DNA of 64,000 nt from an uncultured Desulfobacter sp. (GTDB taxonomy: Bacteria; Desulfobacterota; Desulfobacteria; Desulfobacterales; Desulfobacteraceae). The notes below the pieces were generated by a model that was not told the DNA's origin, searched no databases, and was given only the letters and a program-made list of their open reading frames with translations. Location of the stretch: positions 3,168,001-3,232,000 of the forward strand of contig OY762069.1 of assembly GCA_963665095.1 (NCBI GenBank). Reading direction: 5' to 3'. The translations under genes were made by a program, and so were the position numbers. Shown piece by piece: positions 11,033 through 22,718 of this stretch (position 1 is the stretch's first letter; each line of letters begins with the position of its first letter).

Positions 11033-14000
11033 TTATTTGCTGCCTTCTATAAGATTCATATCCAGCCCCAGAGCGTTGAGCTCTTTAATCAGAACCCTGA
11101 AAGATTCGGGCATTCCAGGTTCAAGGACGTTCTGGCCTTTTACAATTTTCTCATACATACGGGTCCTACCAGTCATATCATCAGATTTCACCGTCAAGAA
11201 CTCCTGAAGTGCATGAGCCGCACCATAAGCTTCCATGGCCCAAACTTCCATTTCACCCAGTCTCTGGCCGCCAAACTGGGCCTTACCACCCAGAGGTTGC
11301 TGAGTGACCAAAGAATACGGCCCGATGGATCTGGCATGAAGTTTGTCATCGACCAGATGGTGGAGCTTAAGCATGTACATGGTGCCCACTGTAACCGGCT
11401 TGTCAAAAGGCCTTCCGGTACGGCCGTCATAGAGAACGGACTGGCCTGAAGGGTCACTGTCTGACATCTCAATCAGCTCCTTGATCTCTTCCTCGGTCGC
11501 CCCGTCAAAAACAGGTGTAGCAGTGTGTACGCCTTTTCTGTAAAGCGTGGCAAATTCCACCAGCTTTTCTTCATCCATGGCGTCAATATCACGAACAATA
11601 ACATCGTCAACCAAACCTTCTCGCTGCTTCCGGGTCAGGGAAAATACCTGCTTCACTTTATCCCGCAACGCATCAAGCCGCTTTTCTTCCAGCATGTCAT
11701 CAATCTGCTGCCCCAGTGCATAAGCAGCACGTCCCAGATGAATCTCAAGGATCTGACCGACATTCATACGGGAGGGAACACCCAAGGGGTTCAGTACCAT
11801 ATCAACAGGACGGCCGTCTGCAAAATAAGGAAGGTCTTCAACCCTTAAAATTCTGGACACAACACCCTTATTTCCGTGCCGGCCGGCCATTTTGTCACCA
11901 ACGGAAAGCACCCGTTCCATTGCAACGGAAATTTTGATTAACTTTAGAACACCCGGCGGCAGATCATCGCCTTTTTCAAATCTTGATACCTGACGGTTGA
12001 AATGCTCCCTGGCCTTTGTAATCTGGTCCTGAGCCTGCTCCAGTATCACCTGAACTTTCTCAGTTAGTACGGCATCTTCAACGGCGACATTCACCAGAAC
12101 TGAAATCGGTACTTTGGCAAATAGCCCAGTCGTTACTTTTGTGCCAGCTTGAGCCAAAACTTTGCCATTACGATCCAGATCACTGAGAAGTTCATGTCCG
12201 CTAAGCAGAGTCTCCACTTTTTCTCGACCAACTTCTGAAATAATCTTTATTTCATCATCCCGGTCTTTTTCAAAACGCTCAATCTCTTCGTCCTCTATTT
12301 GCCGAGTTCTGTCGTCCTTAGGCAGACCACGCCGTGAGAACACCTTGGCATCAATGACTTTTCCATGCACGCCGGGTGGCACACAAAGGGAGGTATCTTT
12401 TACGTCACCGGCCTTTTCACCAAAAATAGCCCGAAGCAATTTTTCTTCTGGAGAAAGTTGAGTTTCACCTTTAGGTGTAATTTTTCCAACCAGAATATCG
12501 CCAGGTTTAACCTCGGCACCTAAGCGTATAATCCCGCTGTCATCCAGATTTTTTAATGCCTCTTCTCCTACATTGGGAATATCCCGGGTAATCTCCTCCT
12601 TACCCAGTTTGGTGTCACGGGCCAGAACTTCAAATTCCTCAACATGAACCGAAGTGTAGACCCCGTCCTTAACCAGGCGCTCAGACACCAAAATGGAATC
12701 CTCATAATTGTACCCGTCCCAGGGCATGAAGGCAACGGTGACATTTTTTCCAAGCGCCAGCTCACCCAGTTCTGTTGATGGGCCGTCTGCTATGACTTGC
12801 CCCTTTTTAACATACTCATTTTTTTCAACAATGGGCCTGTGGTTAAAGCAGGTGTTCTGGTTGGAACGGACAAATTTGGTGCAGTTATATATAGATACAG
12901 CTTTGGTAAATTTAGGATCCTCACTGTCATCATTCCGAACAACGATACGTTTAGAATCCACGTCCACAACCACCCCGTCACATTCGGCAACAATGGTAAC
13001 ACCGGAATCTCGGGCCACAACCGCTTCCATTCCTGTTCCCACCAGCGGTGCTTCACTCTGGATCAGTGGTACAGCCTGACGTTGCATGTTAGAGCCCATC
13101 AGTGCCCTGTTGGCATCATCATTTTCAAGAAACGGAATCAGGGAAGCAGATACCGATACCAGCTGATTTGGGGACACATCCATAAACTTAATCTCTTCAG
13201 GGGCCACCATTTCAAATTCACCGGCCACCCTGGCAGAGACTGTGGGATTAACAAAATTACCGTCCGCATCAAGAGGTGCGTTGGCCTGAGCAATGGGATG
13301 ATCCTTTTCCTCAAAGGCACTTAAATGCTGAATTTTTTTACTTGCATTGCCTTCATTTACTAACCGGAACGGGGTCTCAATAAATCCGAAATCATTCACC
13401 CTGGCGTAAGTACATAAGGAGACAATCAGCCCAATGTTAGGACCTTCAGGGGTCTCAATTGGGCAAATTCTTCCGTAATGGGAGGGATGAACGTCACGTA
13501 CCTCAAACCCCGCGCGTTCACGAGTCAAACCGCCGGGACCCAATGCTGACAAACGCCGCTTATGGGTAGTTTCAGATAAAGGATTCGTCTGGTCCATGAA
13601 CTGCGACAATTGCGAGGTGCCAAAAAATTCCCTTACTACAGCGGAAACAGGTTTAGGATTGATCAGATCATGGGGCATCATGGCATCCACTTCTTGCATA
13701 CTCATCTTTTCCTTGATGGCACGTTCCATGCGTACAAGGCCAATGCGGTAGTGGTTTTCCAAAAGTTCACCGACGGCTCTAACCCTGCGGTTGCCAAGGT
13801 GATCAATGTCGTCAACCTGCCCCTGGGTATCTTTGAGTTCAATAAGGGTAGCAGCAGTCAGGAGCACATCCTCTTTTCTCAAAGTTTTTACATCAATTTT
13901 TGTATTAACCCCAAGGCGATGATTCATTTTCAGGCGGCCCACCTTTGATAAATCATAATACGCCTGGCGAAAAAACAAATGGTCAATGAAATCCTGGGCG

Positions 14001-15160
14001 ACTTCAATGGTTGCAGGATTACCAGGCCGTAACCGCCTGTAGATATCCATTAAAGCTTCTTCTTTGGACTCAATCTTATCAGACACCAGGGTCTTTCTCA
14101 TGGAATCTGAACTACGGGAGTCCACATAAAGAATCTGAAATTCATTGATTTGATTTTCTTCAAGCAACTCAAAAGTGTCTTCAGCAATGGTGTCACCGGC
14201 TTTAAACAGAAGTTTTCCCTCATCCCCGATGACGTAGCTTGTAGCAAACCCTTTACCAATAAGCTCTTCATCAGATATAGGAATAAAATCTAAATTTTCA
14301 TCTGCAAGTTGTTTCAATGCTCTTTTAGTAAAAATTCTGCCGGCTTTAACTACAACCTCGCCAGACACAGGGGATTTAATATCATAGCCCGCCCTTTGAC
14401 GGACAAGGTTACCCGGAATGAACTCCCTAAAAAACGAACCGTTCTTGCGGATAATTGTTTCCTTGGTATAGAAAAAATCCAGAATATCTTCACCAGTATA
14501 TCCAAAAGCTTTAAATAGGATGGACACAGGAAATTTACGCCGACGATCGATGCGGATGTATACTATATCTTTTGCATCAATCTCCATGTCAATCCATGAC
14601 CCGCGCACAGGAATAATTCGGGCATTGTATATAATCTTGCCCGTGGAGTAATTTTTCCCTTTGTCATGATCAAAAAAAACACCCGAAGACCGGTGCAACT
14701 GGGATACCACCGCACGTTCCGTTCCGTTGATAATAAAGGTCCCTCTTGGGGTCATCAACGGAATGGTGCCAAAATAAATCTCCTGTTCTTTAATGTCCCT
14801 GATGGTGGACACGTCTGTGTCCTTATCATGGTCATAGACGACAAGCCGAACCCTGATGTTAACCGGAATGTCATAGGTCATTCCACGGCTGATGCATTCC
14901 TGCATGGAATGCTTGGTTTCCCCAAAGGAATAGGAGACGTATTCAAGGGATGAGGTATCTGTAAAATCCTTGATGGGAAATACAGATTTAAAAACAGCAT
15001 GCAACCCCTTCTCCTCTCTGTCCTGAGGAGGGACGTCCCTTTGAAGGAACCCTTCAAAGGAATCCCTTTGCATCCCGATCAGATCCGGGATATCTATAAT
15101 TTTTCGTTTACTGCCAAACTCTTTTCTAATACGCTTGTTCGTCAAAAGACTTCCGGTCAT
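11033..15160 (-). CDS. rpoB: RNA polymerase beta subunit
   Basis: [34 protein letters not shown]; start placed at ATG 15160 behind GGAG. Confidence 0.99.
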   Translation of the reverse strand: MTGSLLTNKRIRKEFGSKRKIIDIPDLIGMQRDSFEGFLQRDVPPQDREEKGLHAVFKSVFPIKDFTDTSSLEYVSYSFGETKHSMQECISRGMTYDIPVNIRVRLVVYDHDKDTDVSTIRDIKEQEIYFGTIPLMTPRGTFIINGTERAVVSQLHRSSGVFFDHDKGKNYSTGKIIYNARIIPVRGSWIDMEIDAKDIVYIRIDRRRKFPVSILFKAFGYTGEDILDFFYTKETIIRKNGSFFREFIPGNLVRQRAGYDIKSPVSGEVVVKAGRIFTKRALKQLADENLDFIPISDEELIGKGFATSYVIGDEGKLLFKAGDTIAEDTFELLEENQINEFQILYVDSRSSDSMRKTLVSDKIESKEEALMDIYRRLRPGNPATIEVAQDFIDHLFFRQAYYDLSKVGRLKMNHRLGVNTKIDVKTLRKEDVLLTAATLIELKDTQGQVDDIDHLGNRRVRAVGELLENHYRIGLVRMERAIKEKMSMQEVDAMMPHDLINPKPVSAVVREFFGTSQLSQFMDQTNPLSETTHKRRLSALGPGGLTRERAGFEVRDVHPSHYGRICPIETPEGPNIGLIVSLCTYARVNDFGFIETPFRLVNEGNASKKIQHLSAFEEKDHPIAQANAPLDADGNFVNPTVSARVAGEFEMVAPEEIKFMDVSPNQLVSVSASLIPFLENDDANRALMGSNMQRQAVPLIQSEAPLVGTGMEAVVARDSGVTIVAECDGVVVDVDSKRIVVRNDDSEDPKFTKAVSIYNCTKFVRSNQNTCFNHRPIVEKNEYVKKGQVIADGPSTELGELALGKNVTVAFMPWDGYNYEDSILVSERLVKDGVYTSVHVEEFEVLARDTKLGKEEITRDIPNVGEEALKNLDDSGIIRLGAEVKPGDILVGKITPKGETQLSPEEKLLRAIFGEKAGDVKDTSLCVPPGVHGKVIDAKVFSRRGLPKDDRTRQIEDEEIERFEKDRDDEIKIISEVGREKVETLLSGHELLSDLDRNGKVLAQAGTKVTTGLFAKVPISVLVNVAVEDAVLTEKVQVILEQAQDQITKAREHFNRQVSRFEKGDDLPPGVLKLIKISVAMERVLSVGDKMAGRHGNKGVVSRILRVEDLPYFADGRPVDMVLNPLGVPSRMNVGQILEIHLGRAAYALGQQIDDMLEEKRLDALRDKVKQVFSLTRKQREGLVDDVIVRDIDAMDEEKLVEFATLYRKGVHTATPVFDGATEEEIKELIEMSDSDPSGQSVLYDGRTGRPFDKPVTVGTMYMLKLHHLVDDKLHARSIGPYSLVTQQPLGGKAQFGGQRLGEMEVWAMEAYGAAHALQEFLTVKSDDMTGRTRMYEKIVKGQNVLEPGMPESFRVLIKELNALGLDMNLIEGSK

Positions 15161-15270
15161 GATATCTCCCAATGTGAGTTTTTCCAACCGTAAAAGCGGA
15201 GACATGGCACTGGCCTTGCCCCCGCATATAGTTTGTGCACAAACAGCATGTACCGATCAGCTATGCAAAA

Positions 15271-15663
15271 CTATTTTACAGACACCTGAGCGCCGGCGCT
15301 CTCAAGCTGTTCTTTAATTTTTTCTGCTTCTTCTTTGGTAACGCCTTCTTTAACAGCTTTGGGGGCCTCCTCTACGAGTGCTTTGGCTTCTTTGAGGCCT
15401 AATCCTGTAATAGCCCTGACTTCCTTAATGACGTTAATCTTTTTATCTCCGATGGTTTCAAGAATTACGTCAAACTCAGTTTTTTCCTCAGCGGCCGCTG
15501 CGCCTGCATCGCCGGCCGCAGGCATTGCTCCGGCAGCAAAAGCAACAGGTGCAGCTGCAGAAACACCAAATTTATCTTCAAGTTCTTTAACTAGTTCGGA
15601 CAATTCAAGAACACTCATGTTCGCTATAAATTCAATAACATCATCTTTTGTGATATCAGCCAT
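15271..15663 (-). CDS. rplL: 50S ribosomal protein L7/L12
   Basis: Ala-rich hinge, [16 protein letters not shown]. Confidence 0.98.
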   Translation of the reverse strand: MADITKDDVIEFIANMSVLELSELVKELEDKFGVSAAAPVAFAAGAMPAAGDAGAAAAEEKTEFDVILETIGDKKINVIKEVRAITGLGLKEAKALVEEAPKAVKEGVTKEEAEKIKEQLESAGAQVSVK

Positions 15664-15731
15664 TTTTATTCTCCTGAATGATACGAGTCATCAAATATCG
15701 TATTTAATCTAAAGTTTTGGTTTTAATTAAC

Positions 15732-16256
15732 TTATGCTGCGTCTTTTTGATCTTTAACAGCATTAAGCACATTGAGAAAAGATCTGGGTACGCCAGACAG
15801 TACATTGACCAGATTAGTAGGTACTGCATTGAGCGTGTATACCAATTTAGCCAGCAGCTCTTCTTTGGACGGCATCTTAGCCAGCTGTTTGACTTCGTCT
15901 TCGGTTAACAGCTTTCCGCCAAGAGCTCCACCTTTAAGCTCAAGTTTATCGTTATTTTTCAGAAAATCGACAATAACCTTGGCCGGTGCCACCGGATCAT
16001 CCTGGGAAATGATGATCGCATTAGGTCCCTTAAAAAGATCTGTCAACACCTCAGAGGCCGTTTCTTTTACGGCGAGTCTCATCAAGGTGTTTTTAACAAC
16101 CTCCATTTGCGCACCGGCATCACGAAGTTTAGCACGAAGTTCAGTCACCTGAGATACAGTCAATCCCTTATAATCTACTAAAATAGAGATTTCCGCCTCG
16201 GCGAGCTGCTTTGTAAGCTTTCCAACCAGTTCTTTTTTTTGAGATATGTTCAGCAT
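15732..16256 (-). CDS. rplJ: 50S ribosomal protein L10
   Basis: DYKGLTV, VVKNTL; position between rplA and rplL. Confidence 0.97.
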   Translation of the reverse strand: MLNISQKKELVGKLTKQLAEAEISILVDYKGLTVSQVTELRAKLRDAGAQMEVVKNTLMRLAVKETASEVLTDLFKGPNAIIISQDDPVAPAKVIVDFLKNNDKLELKGGALGGKLLTEDEVKQLAKMPSKEELLAKLVYTLNAVPTNLVNVLSGVPRSFLNVLNAVKDQKDAA

Positions 16257-16317
16257 TTTTTACACCTCCTTCCTTAAAAAATAGTGTCGAAGGTGCCAAC
16301 GAAACCAAAACAAAATT

Positions 16318-16395
16318 TATTTTCTGTCTCGGCAGGCCGGCAAATCCGATTATGCATAAAAAATATGCACCTACTGTCTATGACAGGCTGAGGTA
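16318..16395 (-). promoter_or_regulatory. Probable L10 leader (autoregulatory RNA element)
   Basis: Minus strand AGACAGTAGG...CCTGCCGAGA paired motif in the rplA-rplJ spacer, resembling known L10 leaders; boundaries approximate. Confidence 0.65.
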
Positions 16396-16431
16396 TGCCT
16401 GAAAAATCAGACAAACCTTTATTAAATCAAC

Positions 16432-17124
16432 TTATTTGATCAACAGGGGATCGACCTTGATGCCAGGCCCCATGGTTGATGAAACGCTGATTGATTTCAT
16501 ATAAGTCCCTTTACTTGCTGCAGGCTTGAGTGAAACAATTTTATCAAGAAAGGCAGTTACATTTTCAAATAACTTTTCAGCGCCAAAGGAAACTTTTCCA
16601 ACAGGAACATGCACAATACCAGCTTTTTCAACCCTGAAATCAATTTTACCGGCTTTGAGTTCATTTATTGCCTTTGCCAGCTCAAAAGTTACGGTGCCTG
16701 TTTTTGCGTTAGGCATAAGGCCTCTAGGGCCAAGGATACGACCAAGCTTCCCGACTGTCCCCATCATATCTGGGGTAGCGATTGCCTTATCGAATCCAAA
16801 CCAGCCGTCTTTGATTTTTTCAACAACTTCATCAGTTGCAATAAAATCCGCCCCGGCATCTAGCGCTTCCTGTTCTTTCTCCCCCTTGGCAAAAACCAGA
16901 ACTTTCACTTCTTTACCCAACCCGTTAGGCAAAACAACAGTGCCACGGACCATCTGATCTGCATGCCTCGGGTCCACCCCTAATCTTACGGCAACATCTA
17001 CAGTTTCGTCAAATTTTGCATAACTGGAAGAAACAGCAATTTCCAGGGCATCTTTAGGCCCATACTGAAGGGTTCTATCAACCTTTTTCAGTGCTTCGTT
17101 GTGTTTTTTACTCCGCTTAGGCAT
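16432..17124 (-). CDS. rplA: 50S ribosomal protein L1
   Basis: [29 protein letters not shown]. Confidence 0.98.
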   Translation of the reverse strand: MPKRSKKHNEALKKVDRTLQYGPKDALEIAVSSSYAKFDETVDVAVRLGVDPRHADQMVRGTVVLPNGLGKEVKVLVFAKGEKEQEALDAGADFIATDEVVEKIKDGWFGFDKAIATPDMMGTVGKLGRILGPRGLMPNAKTGTVTFELAKAINELKAGKIDFRVEKAGIVHVPVGKVSFGAEKLFENVTAFLDKIVSLKPAASKGTYMKSISVSSTMGPGIKVDPLLIK

Positions 17125-17148
17125 TTTTATCACTCTTATACTTTAAAG

Positions 17149-17571
17149 TTAAACGACTTCTATTCCCATACTCTTAGCTGTACCTTCGATAATTCTAACG
17201 GCAGCATCTATATTTGAAGCATTTAGATCTTCTTTTTTAGTCTGGGCAATCTCAATGACCTGATCCTTGGTTACCTTACCTACCTTCTCCCGGTTAGGTT
17301 CCCCAGAACCCTTGGCTATCTTGGCTGCAGCCAGCAGTAATCTTGATGCAGGTGGAGTTTTGGTAATAAAAGAAAAAGACCTGTCCTGGTATACGGTGAT
17401 GACAACCGGAATAATCTGGCCGGCATCATTGGTAGTCTTGGCATTAAACGCCTTGCAGAAATCCATGATATTAACCCCGTGCTGCCCAAGTGCCGGACCA
17501 ATGGGAGGTGACGGATTAGCTTTACCTGCTTCAACTTGAAGCTTAATTTGCGTCATTACTTTTTTTGCCAT
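17149..17571 (-). CDS. rplK: 50S ribosomal protein L11
   Basis: [21 protein letters not shown]. Confidence 0.98.
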   Translation of the reverse strand: MAKKVMTQIKLQVEAGKANPSPPIGPALGQHGVNIMDFCKAFNAKTTNDAGQIIPVVITVYQDRSFSFITKTPPASRLLLAAAKIAKGSGEPNREKVGKVTKDQVIEIAQTKKEDLNASNIDAAVRIIEGTAKSMGIEVV

Positions 17572-17606
17572 TTTAATACTCCTGAAACTCTTAATTCTTA
17601 ATCCGG

Positions 17607-18137
17607 TTATATCTTGGTAACCTGTATAAAGTTCAGCTCGACCGGAGTCGCCCGACCAAAAATACTGACCAGAACCTTTACCTTTTCCTTGTCTGGAGAG
17701 ACCTCTTCCACAGTGCCGTTAAAATTGGAAAAAGGCCCGTCCACCACCCGAACTTCATCACCTGGCTCAAAATAATACTTAGGCTGAGGTCTGTCTTTAC
17801 CCTGCTCCATCTTATCTATGATGCTCTGAGCTTCTTTGTCTGATATGTGAGCAGGTTTATTTTTACCGCCAAGAAAACCAGTCACCTTTGCTGTGGAACT
17901 GACAATATGCCATGTCTCATTATCCAAATGCATGCGAACAAGAATGTATCCTGGATAAAATTTTCTGGAAGATTGTCTTTTTTTTCCATCAACCAACTCA
18001 ATGACATTTTCTGTAGGAATTAGGATGTCCCCGAATTTTTCCGGGTGCTTAGAACCCTGAATCTTCTCTTCCAGAGCAAGCTTTACTTTTTGTTCATGAC
18101 CCGAATAAACGTGTACGACATACCATCTTAAAGACAT
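17607..18137 (-). CDS. nusG: Transcription factor NusG
   Basis: [12 protein letters not shown] domain, KOW motif [14 protein letters not shown]. Confidence 0.98.
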   Translation of the reverse strand: MSLRWYVVHVYSGHEQKVKLALEEKIQGSKHPEKFGDILIPTENVIELVDGKKRQSSRKFYPGYILVRMHLDNETWHIVSSTAKVTGFLGGKNKPAHISDKEAQSIIDKMEQGKDRPQPKYYFEPGDEVRVVDGPFSNFNGTVEEVSPDKEKVKVLVSIFGRATPVELNFIQVTKI

Positions 18138-18157
18138 CTTAAATTTTTCCTTGAGTT

Positions 18158-18508
18158 TTAAGTAAGAACAACCTGGACAAGTTTAGAAAGGCTGTAATCA
18201 AAAACTCCCAGAAATGCAGCAACTATAAATACAAAAATAATTACGACTACAGTCGTTCCAGTTGTCTGCTTTCTCGTCGGCCAGACAACCTTTCTTAATT
18301 CGACTTTTACTTCCCGGAAGAATTCTGTTGTTCTGGAAAAAATATTTCCCACCCCCGGCTCTGTTACCGACTTCTCAGGCTTTGCTGACTTGACAACAGG
18401 CGAAGGCTTTGCCAGAGACGCCGATTTTACAGAATCGGAAGCATCAATTGTTTCAGATAATTTTTTCCGTTTTTCCCCTTGGGGCCTTTTTTTCTGTAAT
18501 CTTGACAT
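18158..18508 (-). CDS. secE: Preprotein translocase SecE with basic N-terminal extension
   Basis: ELRKVVWPT followed by one transmembrane helix; upstream of nusG. Confidence 0.95.
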   Translation of the reverse strand: MSRLQKKRPQGEKRKKLSETIDASDSVKSASLAKPSPVVKSAKPEKSVTEPGVGNIFSRTTEFFREVKVELRKVVWPTRKQTTGTTVVVIIFVFIVAAFLGVFDYSLSKLVQVVLT

Positions 18509-18564
18509 ATTCCACCGATTAGTTACCTCCTGACCGATATCTATCAGGCAGGAGGTTTATTAAG

Positions 18565-18641
18565 TGGCAGGTCAGGAGGGAGTCGAACCCCCAACAGCCG
18601 GATTTGGAGTCCGGAGCTCTGCCAATTGGAGCTACTGACCT
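18565..18641 (-). tRNA. tRNA-Trp (CCA)
   Basis: Cloverleaf AGGTCAG...CTGACCT-G-CCA, anticodon loop CTCCAAA. Confidence 0.97.
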
Positions 18642-18651
18642 GCAGGACAAC

Positions 18652-18810
18652 CTATTTTATTTTTGTTTCTTTGTGGACCAGATGTTTATTACAAAATTTA
18701 CAGTATTTTTTAAACTCTATCTTGTCCGGAGTTTTTCGTTTATTTTTGGTCGTCGTATAATTTTTTCTCTTGCACTCTGTACACGCAAGAGCAATAAGGA
18801 CTCTGTCCAC
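18652..18810 (-). CDS. rpmG: 50S ribosomal protein L33 (zinc-ribbon form, GTG start)
   Basis: LACTEC...NYTTTKN...KYCKFC; GAGGGG upstream of GTG. Confidence 0.95.
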   Translation of the reverse strand: MDRVLIALACTECKRKNYTTTKNKRKTPDKIEFKKYCKFCNKHLVHKETKIK

Positions 18811-18931
18811 TTTAAACCCCTCAACATTATTATTCAAATTGTAATACTGTCACTATATATCATAGTAGCAGGCAGAAGTAAAAATTGCTTATTTTATTTA
18901 TAACCGCACAGATAGACAACTTAATATATAA

Positions 18932-19008
18932 TGGAGCCCATGACCAGAATCGAACTGGTGAACCTCTTCCTTACCAAGGAAGCGCTCTACCGACTGAGCT
19001 ACATGGGC
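18932..19008 (-). tRNA. tRNA-Thr (GGT)
   Basis: GCCCATG...CATGGGC-T-CCA, anticodon loop TTGGTAA. Confidence 0.97.
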
Positions 19009-19052
19009 CTATACGCCATCTAATCTGTTAAGCATATGAAGAAGACTGTGAA

Positions 19053-19128
19053 TGGAGCGGGAGACGAGGTTCGAACTCGCGACATTCAGCTTGGAAGGCT
19101 GAAGCTCTACCAACTGAGCTACTCCCGC
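19053..19128 (-). tRNA. tRNA-Gly (TCC)
   Basis: GCGGGAG...CTCCCGC-T-CCA, anticodon loop CTTCCAA. Confidence 0.97.
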
Positions 19129-19212
19129 TTATGATCAGACTAAAATTAGTCAATCAACCAAACCGACCATGTAGTCCCAGCAATCTATCAATAAGATCTT
19201 CTACATATGTTT

Positions 19213-19297
19213 TGGTGGTGGGGGGAGGATTTGAACCTCCGAAGGCTGAGCCGTCAGATTTACAGTCTGATCCCTTTGACCACTCGGGAACCCCACC
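19213..19297 (-). tRNA. tRNA-Tyr (GTA)
   Basis: 85 nt with long variable arm, anticodon loop CTGTAAA, CCA end. Confidence 0.97.
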
Positions 19298-19309
19298 CAA
19301 GCTAATTAC

Positions 19310-19385
19310 TGGAGCCGATACCCCGAATCGAACGGAGGACATTCTCATTACAAGTGAGATGCTCTACCAACTGAGCTATATCGGC
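19310..19385 (-). tRNA. tRNA-Thr (TGT)
   Basis: GCCGATA...TATCGGC-T-CCA, anticodon loop CTTGTAA. Confidence 0.96.
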
Positions 19386-19423
19386 AAATCCTTGCTACGA
19401 CACTTCCGTAACAAAACCGCGTG

Positions 19424-19452
19424 AATATATCAGAAGATTTTTCCCATAGCAA
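19424..19452 (-). promoter_or_regulatory. Sigma70-type promoter of the tRNA cluster
   Basis: TTGCTA-17 nt-TATATT followed by GC-rich CACGCGG; A/T tract upstream. Confidence 0.6.
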
Positions 19453-19520
19453 CCTTTTTTTTTAAAAAGAATTACCCAATAACAAAAATTGAATATCTTT
19501 ATCATATTATGGATCGAAAG

Positions 19521-19930
19521 TTGATACACTCGTAAAAAGTCAGAGCCCACAACGAGCCTGAATTTTTGAATTTACAGATCAGTTTTGACCATATGATTAA
19601 AATTACTTAACATGTTAAAATTGTTTTGTATTCCCAATTTCTCTTTGACATTAAAAAAGCTGCGTATTGCTGCCAGAAACAACTCCCCTAAGTCTCCTTT
19701 ATGCAAGCTGAGCGACTTCTGGGCATTAGCATCTCTCAAGAGATTGATCCCCGCTGTACCTAACCACGAGCCCACTGCCTGGAGGCCTTGAAATTTTTAT
19801 CGTTTCACCCCGGTTTGTCGATCATATTCGGACATTGTCGCTTCCACGCCAGCTCGCCCACTGATATCTATCTTTAAATTCATCTGTCTGTTCATAAGCT
19901 ATTCTTAGGGCAACCCTTACAGACTTAGCC
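19521..19930 (-). pseudogene. Degraded C-terminal fragment of a DDE transposase (IS1182/IS5-like) with probable IS end
   Basis: Manual translation EQTDEFKDRYQW/RAGVEATMSEYDRQTGVKR*..G..AV..GINLLR with one frameshift and one stop. Confidence 0.7.
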
Positions 19931-20003
19931 GTTTATATATTGTTGGCCTATTTTCCCTCGGTTTTACCGGCAATCTTTCAGTTGAGGGCAGCCCATTCAT
20001 ATA

Positions 20004-20297
20004 TTATCGGGGAAACCTTGGGGAATCCGTCCTGAAAACCAGGGCATACCCTTTCGGGCAGATCATGGTCAGCCCATCTGCCGAATAAAAATTTTCAACA
20101 TAGGCAGGCATCTCAAAAAGACTACGGATTCCAGCGGACGGTTTTTGGGCTTCAATCCTTATGAGTTGTTCCATGGTGACTCCCAACAAGATCTGAGAGT
20201 AATCATAACTTGGCTTTTTTTCAGTTAGATTTCCTTGAGCAGGTCTTTTTTTTGTGTTTTTTGCCATCTTGTTCCAGTGGGGATATCTCTTTTTCAA
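20004..20297 (-). CDS. Hypothetical protein (start uncertain)
   Basis: 97-aa ORF in an otherwise unassigned AT-rich spacer; no recognisable motif. Confidence 0.35.
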   Translation of the reverse strand: MKKRYPHWNKMAKNTKKRPAQGNLTEKKPSYDYSQILLGVTMEQLIRIEAQKPSAGIRSLFEMPAYVENFYSADGLTMICPKGYALVFRTDSPRFPR

Positions 20298-20647
20298 TTG
20301 TTTTATTATAATACGTCTGATATTTTCTGTGCCTAAAGCCCTCTATTTCTGTGTATATTTTTTGATTTGATCATTAAAAATCACACGGTTACGCAATTTT
20401 TTTTAAAAAAACATATTGAAATTAAAACAAATTCAATTTATCTAACTTTGTATAATTGTTTTCAACACCTTTTGTAAACCAAATAGATATAATCTATATT
20501 ATTTTAAAACTTTTCATCTACATTTTTTTATGTTAATTATTTCAAAACGTACTAACTATAATAGTTCCACGAATATTTATTGACATTCCACGTAATCTTA
20601 ACTATCGAATGTATATGAATTTTTTACAGCTAGCGACAAGGAGAAAA

Positions 20648-22453
20648 ATGAATACTCACAAACTGGCTGCGCTTATCTTTATTTTGTTTTTGATCTCTGG
20701 TTGCCAGCAAGCTCAAATGACCGCACAAAAGCCCGTTTCCGACCAAACTTTGAATTCGGAAGATGCCTCATATGGAAACGTATCATCATTATCCGCTATC
20801 GAACATAAAGCGATCCCTACAGACACCCGAGAGGGATTAAGCCTCAATTGTGACATACAGGCAAATCAGAACGTAAATAATGCTGTTGCCCCAGATCAAA
20901 ACAATATAGATCAGGCTCTTGAATTGTGTACCATAGCCCAAAAATCATGGGAAGAAGGAGAATTAGAAGAGGCACTATCGAGCCTGGATGCCGCCTATGC
21001 ACTAATTATAGAAATTGATCCTTCTGAAAACCCTGAAGTCAGCCAGCAGAAAGAGGACATTCGTTACCTTATATCCAAACGTGTTCTTGAAATTTATGCA
21101 TCACGCCAAATTATTGTCACTGGCCAACATGAAGAAATTCCCATCACATTAAATTCACACGTAAATGCCGAAATCAAACGTCTTACTGGCCCTGAACGTA
21201 ACTTCTTTATCCGATCATTGAATCGCTCCTGTCGATACCGGCCATATATTGTTCAAGAACTGAAAAAGGCCGGACTTCCCGAAGAAATCTCCTGGCTGCC
21301 TTTAATCGAAAGCGGCTTTAGAACAACAGCGCTGTCTTCGGCAAGAGCGCTCGGCCTATGGCAGTTTATCTCATCAACCGGTCATAAATTCGGACTTAAT
21401 CGCAACTACTATATTGACGAACGAATGGATCCGGAGAAAGCCACCCAGGCTGCTATTTCCTACTTTAAGGAGTTACACAATCTATTTGGAGACTGGACCA
21501 CGGCCTTAGCTGCATATAATTGCGGTGAATACCGTGTGCTCAAAACTATCCGCCGGCAAAAAATTAACTATCTGGACAATTTTTGGGATCTGTATCAAAA
21601 CCTCCCAAGAGAAACCGCAAGGTATGTACCAAGATTCCTGGCAACCATTCATATCGTTAGAAATCTGGATAAATACAATATTACCATGGATGCGCCCCTA
21701 AAACCCATTGAATACAAATCTTTTAATATTAAAAAACAAGTCCGGCTAAGCGAAATTGCAAAAGCACTTCATATCGAGACCAGCATACTTACAGATCTCA
21801 ACCCGGAACTCCGGCACAAAGTAGTACCACCTGATTCTTACTCCATTAAAATTCCGGTGGAGTATTCGGATCAATTCACAGCCCAGTTAGAGGCTATCAA
21901 AACCACCTATCGCCAAGGCCCATCCTATGCTTACTACCGTGTTCGAAGAGGGGATACGCTTTCGGGTATTGCCGGCAAATTTCACACATCTGTGCGTGCT
22001 ATTTCCCAATGTAATAATATATCCAGAAACAGTTGCATCATGACCGGCAAGCTTTTGAAAATTCCCAGTTCAAATTACCGGAAGGTGGCCACACATTCAG
22101 ACGCGGCCTCTCAATTAACCAGTCTTCCTTCTGGGGAAAAGATTACCTATAAGGTATGTAAAGGAGACAACCTGTGGCTGATTGCTAAAAAGTTTTCTAC
22201 AACAACCAGGCAGATTATGCATCAAAACAATTTATCCAATACCAATCTGAACATTGGACAATGCCTGAAAATTGTCGTCGGAAATACCGATCTCAGCCCT
22301 GCAAAAAAAACCGCTACGTACAAAGTCAGATCCGGAGACAGCCCCTTTATTATAGCAAAAAAACATAATATGAGCCTTGACCGACTACTGGCTTTAAACC
22401 ATTTAAATAAACGAAGCAAAATATATCCGGGCCAGGACCTGATAGTGGAATAA
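20648..22453 (+). CDS. MltD-like lytic transglycosylase lipoprotein with three LysM domains
   Basis: Lipobox LISGC; IESG, ALGLWQF, AAYNCG SLT motifs; three YxVxxGD LysM repeats; AGGAG before ATG 20648. Confidence 0.92.
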   Translation: MNTHKLAALIFILFLISGCQQAQMTAQKPVSDQTLNSEDASYGNVSSLSAIEHKAIPTDTREGLSLNCDIQANQNVNNAVAPDQNNIDQALELCTIAQKSWEEGELEEALSSLDAAYALIIEIDPSENPEVSQQKEDIRYLISKRVLEIYASRQIIVTGQHEEIPITLNSHVNAEIKRLTGPERNFFIRSLNRSCRYRPYIVQELKKAGLPEEISWLPLIESGFRTTALSSARALGLWQFISSTGHKFGLNRNYYIDERMDPEKATQAAISYFKELHNLFGDWTTALAAYNCGEYRVLKTIRRQKINYLDNFWDLYQNLPRETARYVPRFLATIHIVRNLDKYNITMDAPLKPIEYKSFNIKKQVRLSEIAKALHIETSILTDLNPELRHKVVPPDSYSIKIPVEYSDQFTAQLEAIKTTYRQGPSYAYYRVRRGDTLSGIAGKFHTSVRAISQCNNISRNSCIMTGKLLKIPSSNYRKVATHSDAASQLTSLPSGEKITYKVCKGDNLWLIAKKFSTTTRQIMHQNNLSNTNLNIGQCLKIVVGNTDLSPAKKTATYKVRSGDSPFIIAKKHNMSLDRLLALNHLNKRSKIYPGQDLIVE

Positions 22454-22576
22454 CCTGTTTTTAAAAATCAACTCACTCAATTTAATTTTTAGCTTGCCTT
22501 AACATATTTAATTAATATATAAGAACGGATTGTTTCATGGGCAGATTACGGATTTTTTTACGTGAAAAGCCCCAAG

Positions 22577-22651
22577 GCCCCCGTAGCTCAGTGGATAGAG
22601 CATAGGATTCCTAATCCTTGAGCGCAAGTTCGATTCTTGCCGGGGGCACCA
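22577..22651 (+). tRNA. tRNA-Arg (CCT)
   Basis: GCCCCCG...CGGGGGC-A-CCA, anticodon loop TTCCTAA. Confidence 0.95.
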
Positions 22652-22718
22652 CTAATTTAGGGTCATTATCTTTATATAAATACAATACCTGCAGCATTAT
22701 CGCCGCAAATGATATAAT

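Noticed and set aside
18525..18556. Hairpin ACCTCCTG...CAGGAGGT hiding an AGGAGGT before secE
   Set aside because: The AGGAGGT is about 16 nt from the ATG, too far to argue for translational control; may be a processing stem.
19131..19424. ORFs of 97 and 64 aa over the tRNA cluster
   Set aside because: They overlap tRNA-Tyr and tRNA-Thr; spurious.
22577..22718. tRNA-Arg as an island integration site
   Set aside because: Followed directly by a housekeeping U32 gene; no integrase or duplicated tRNA 3' end seen.
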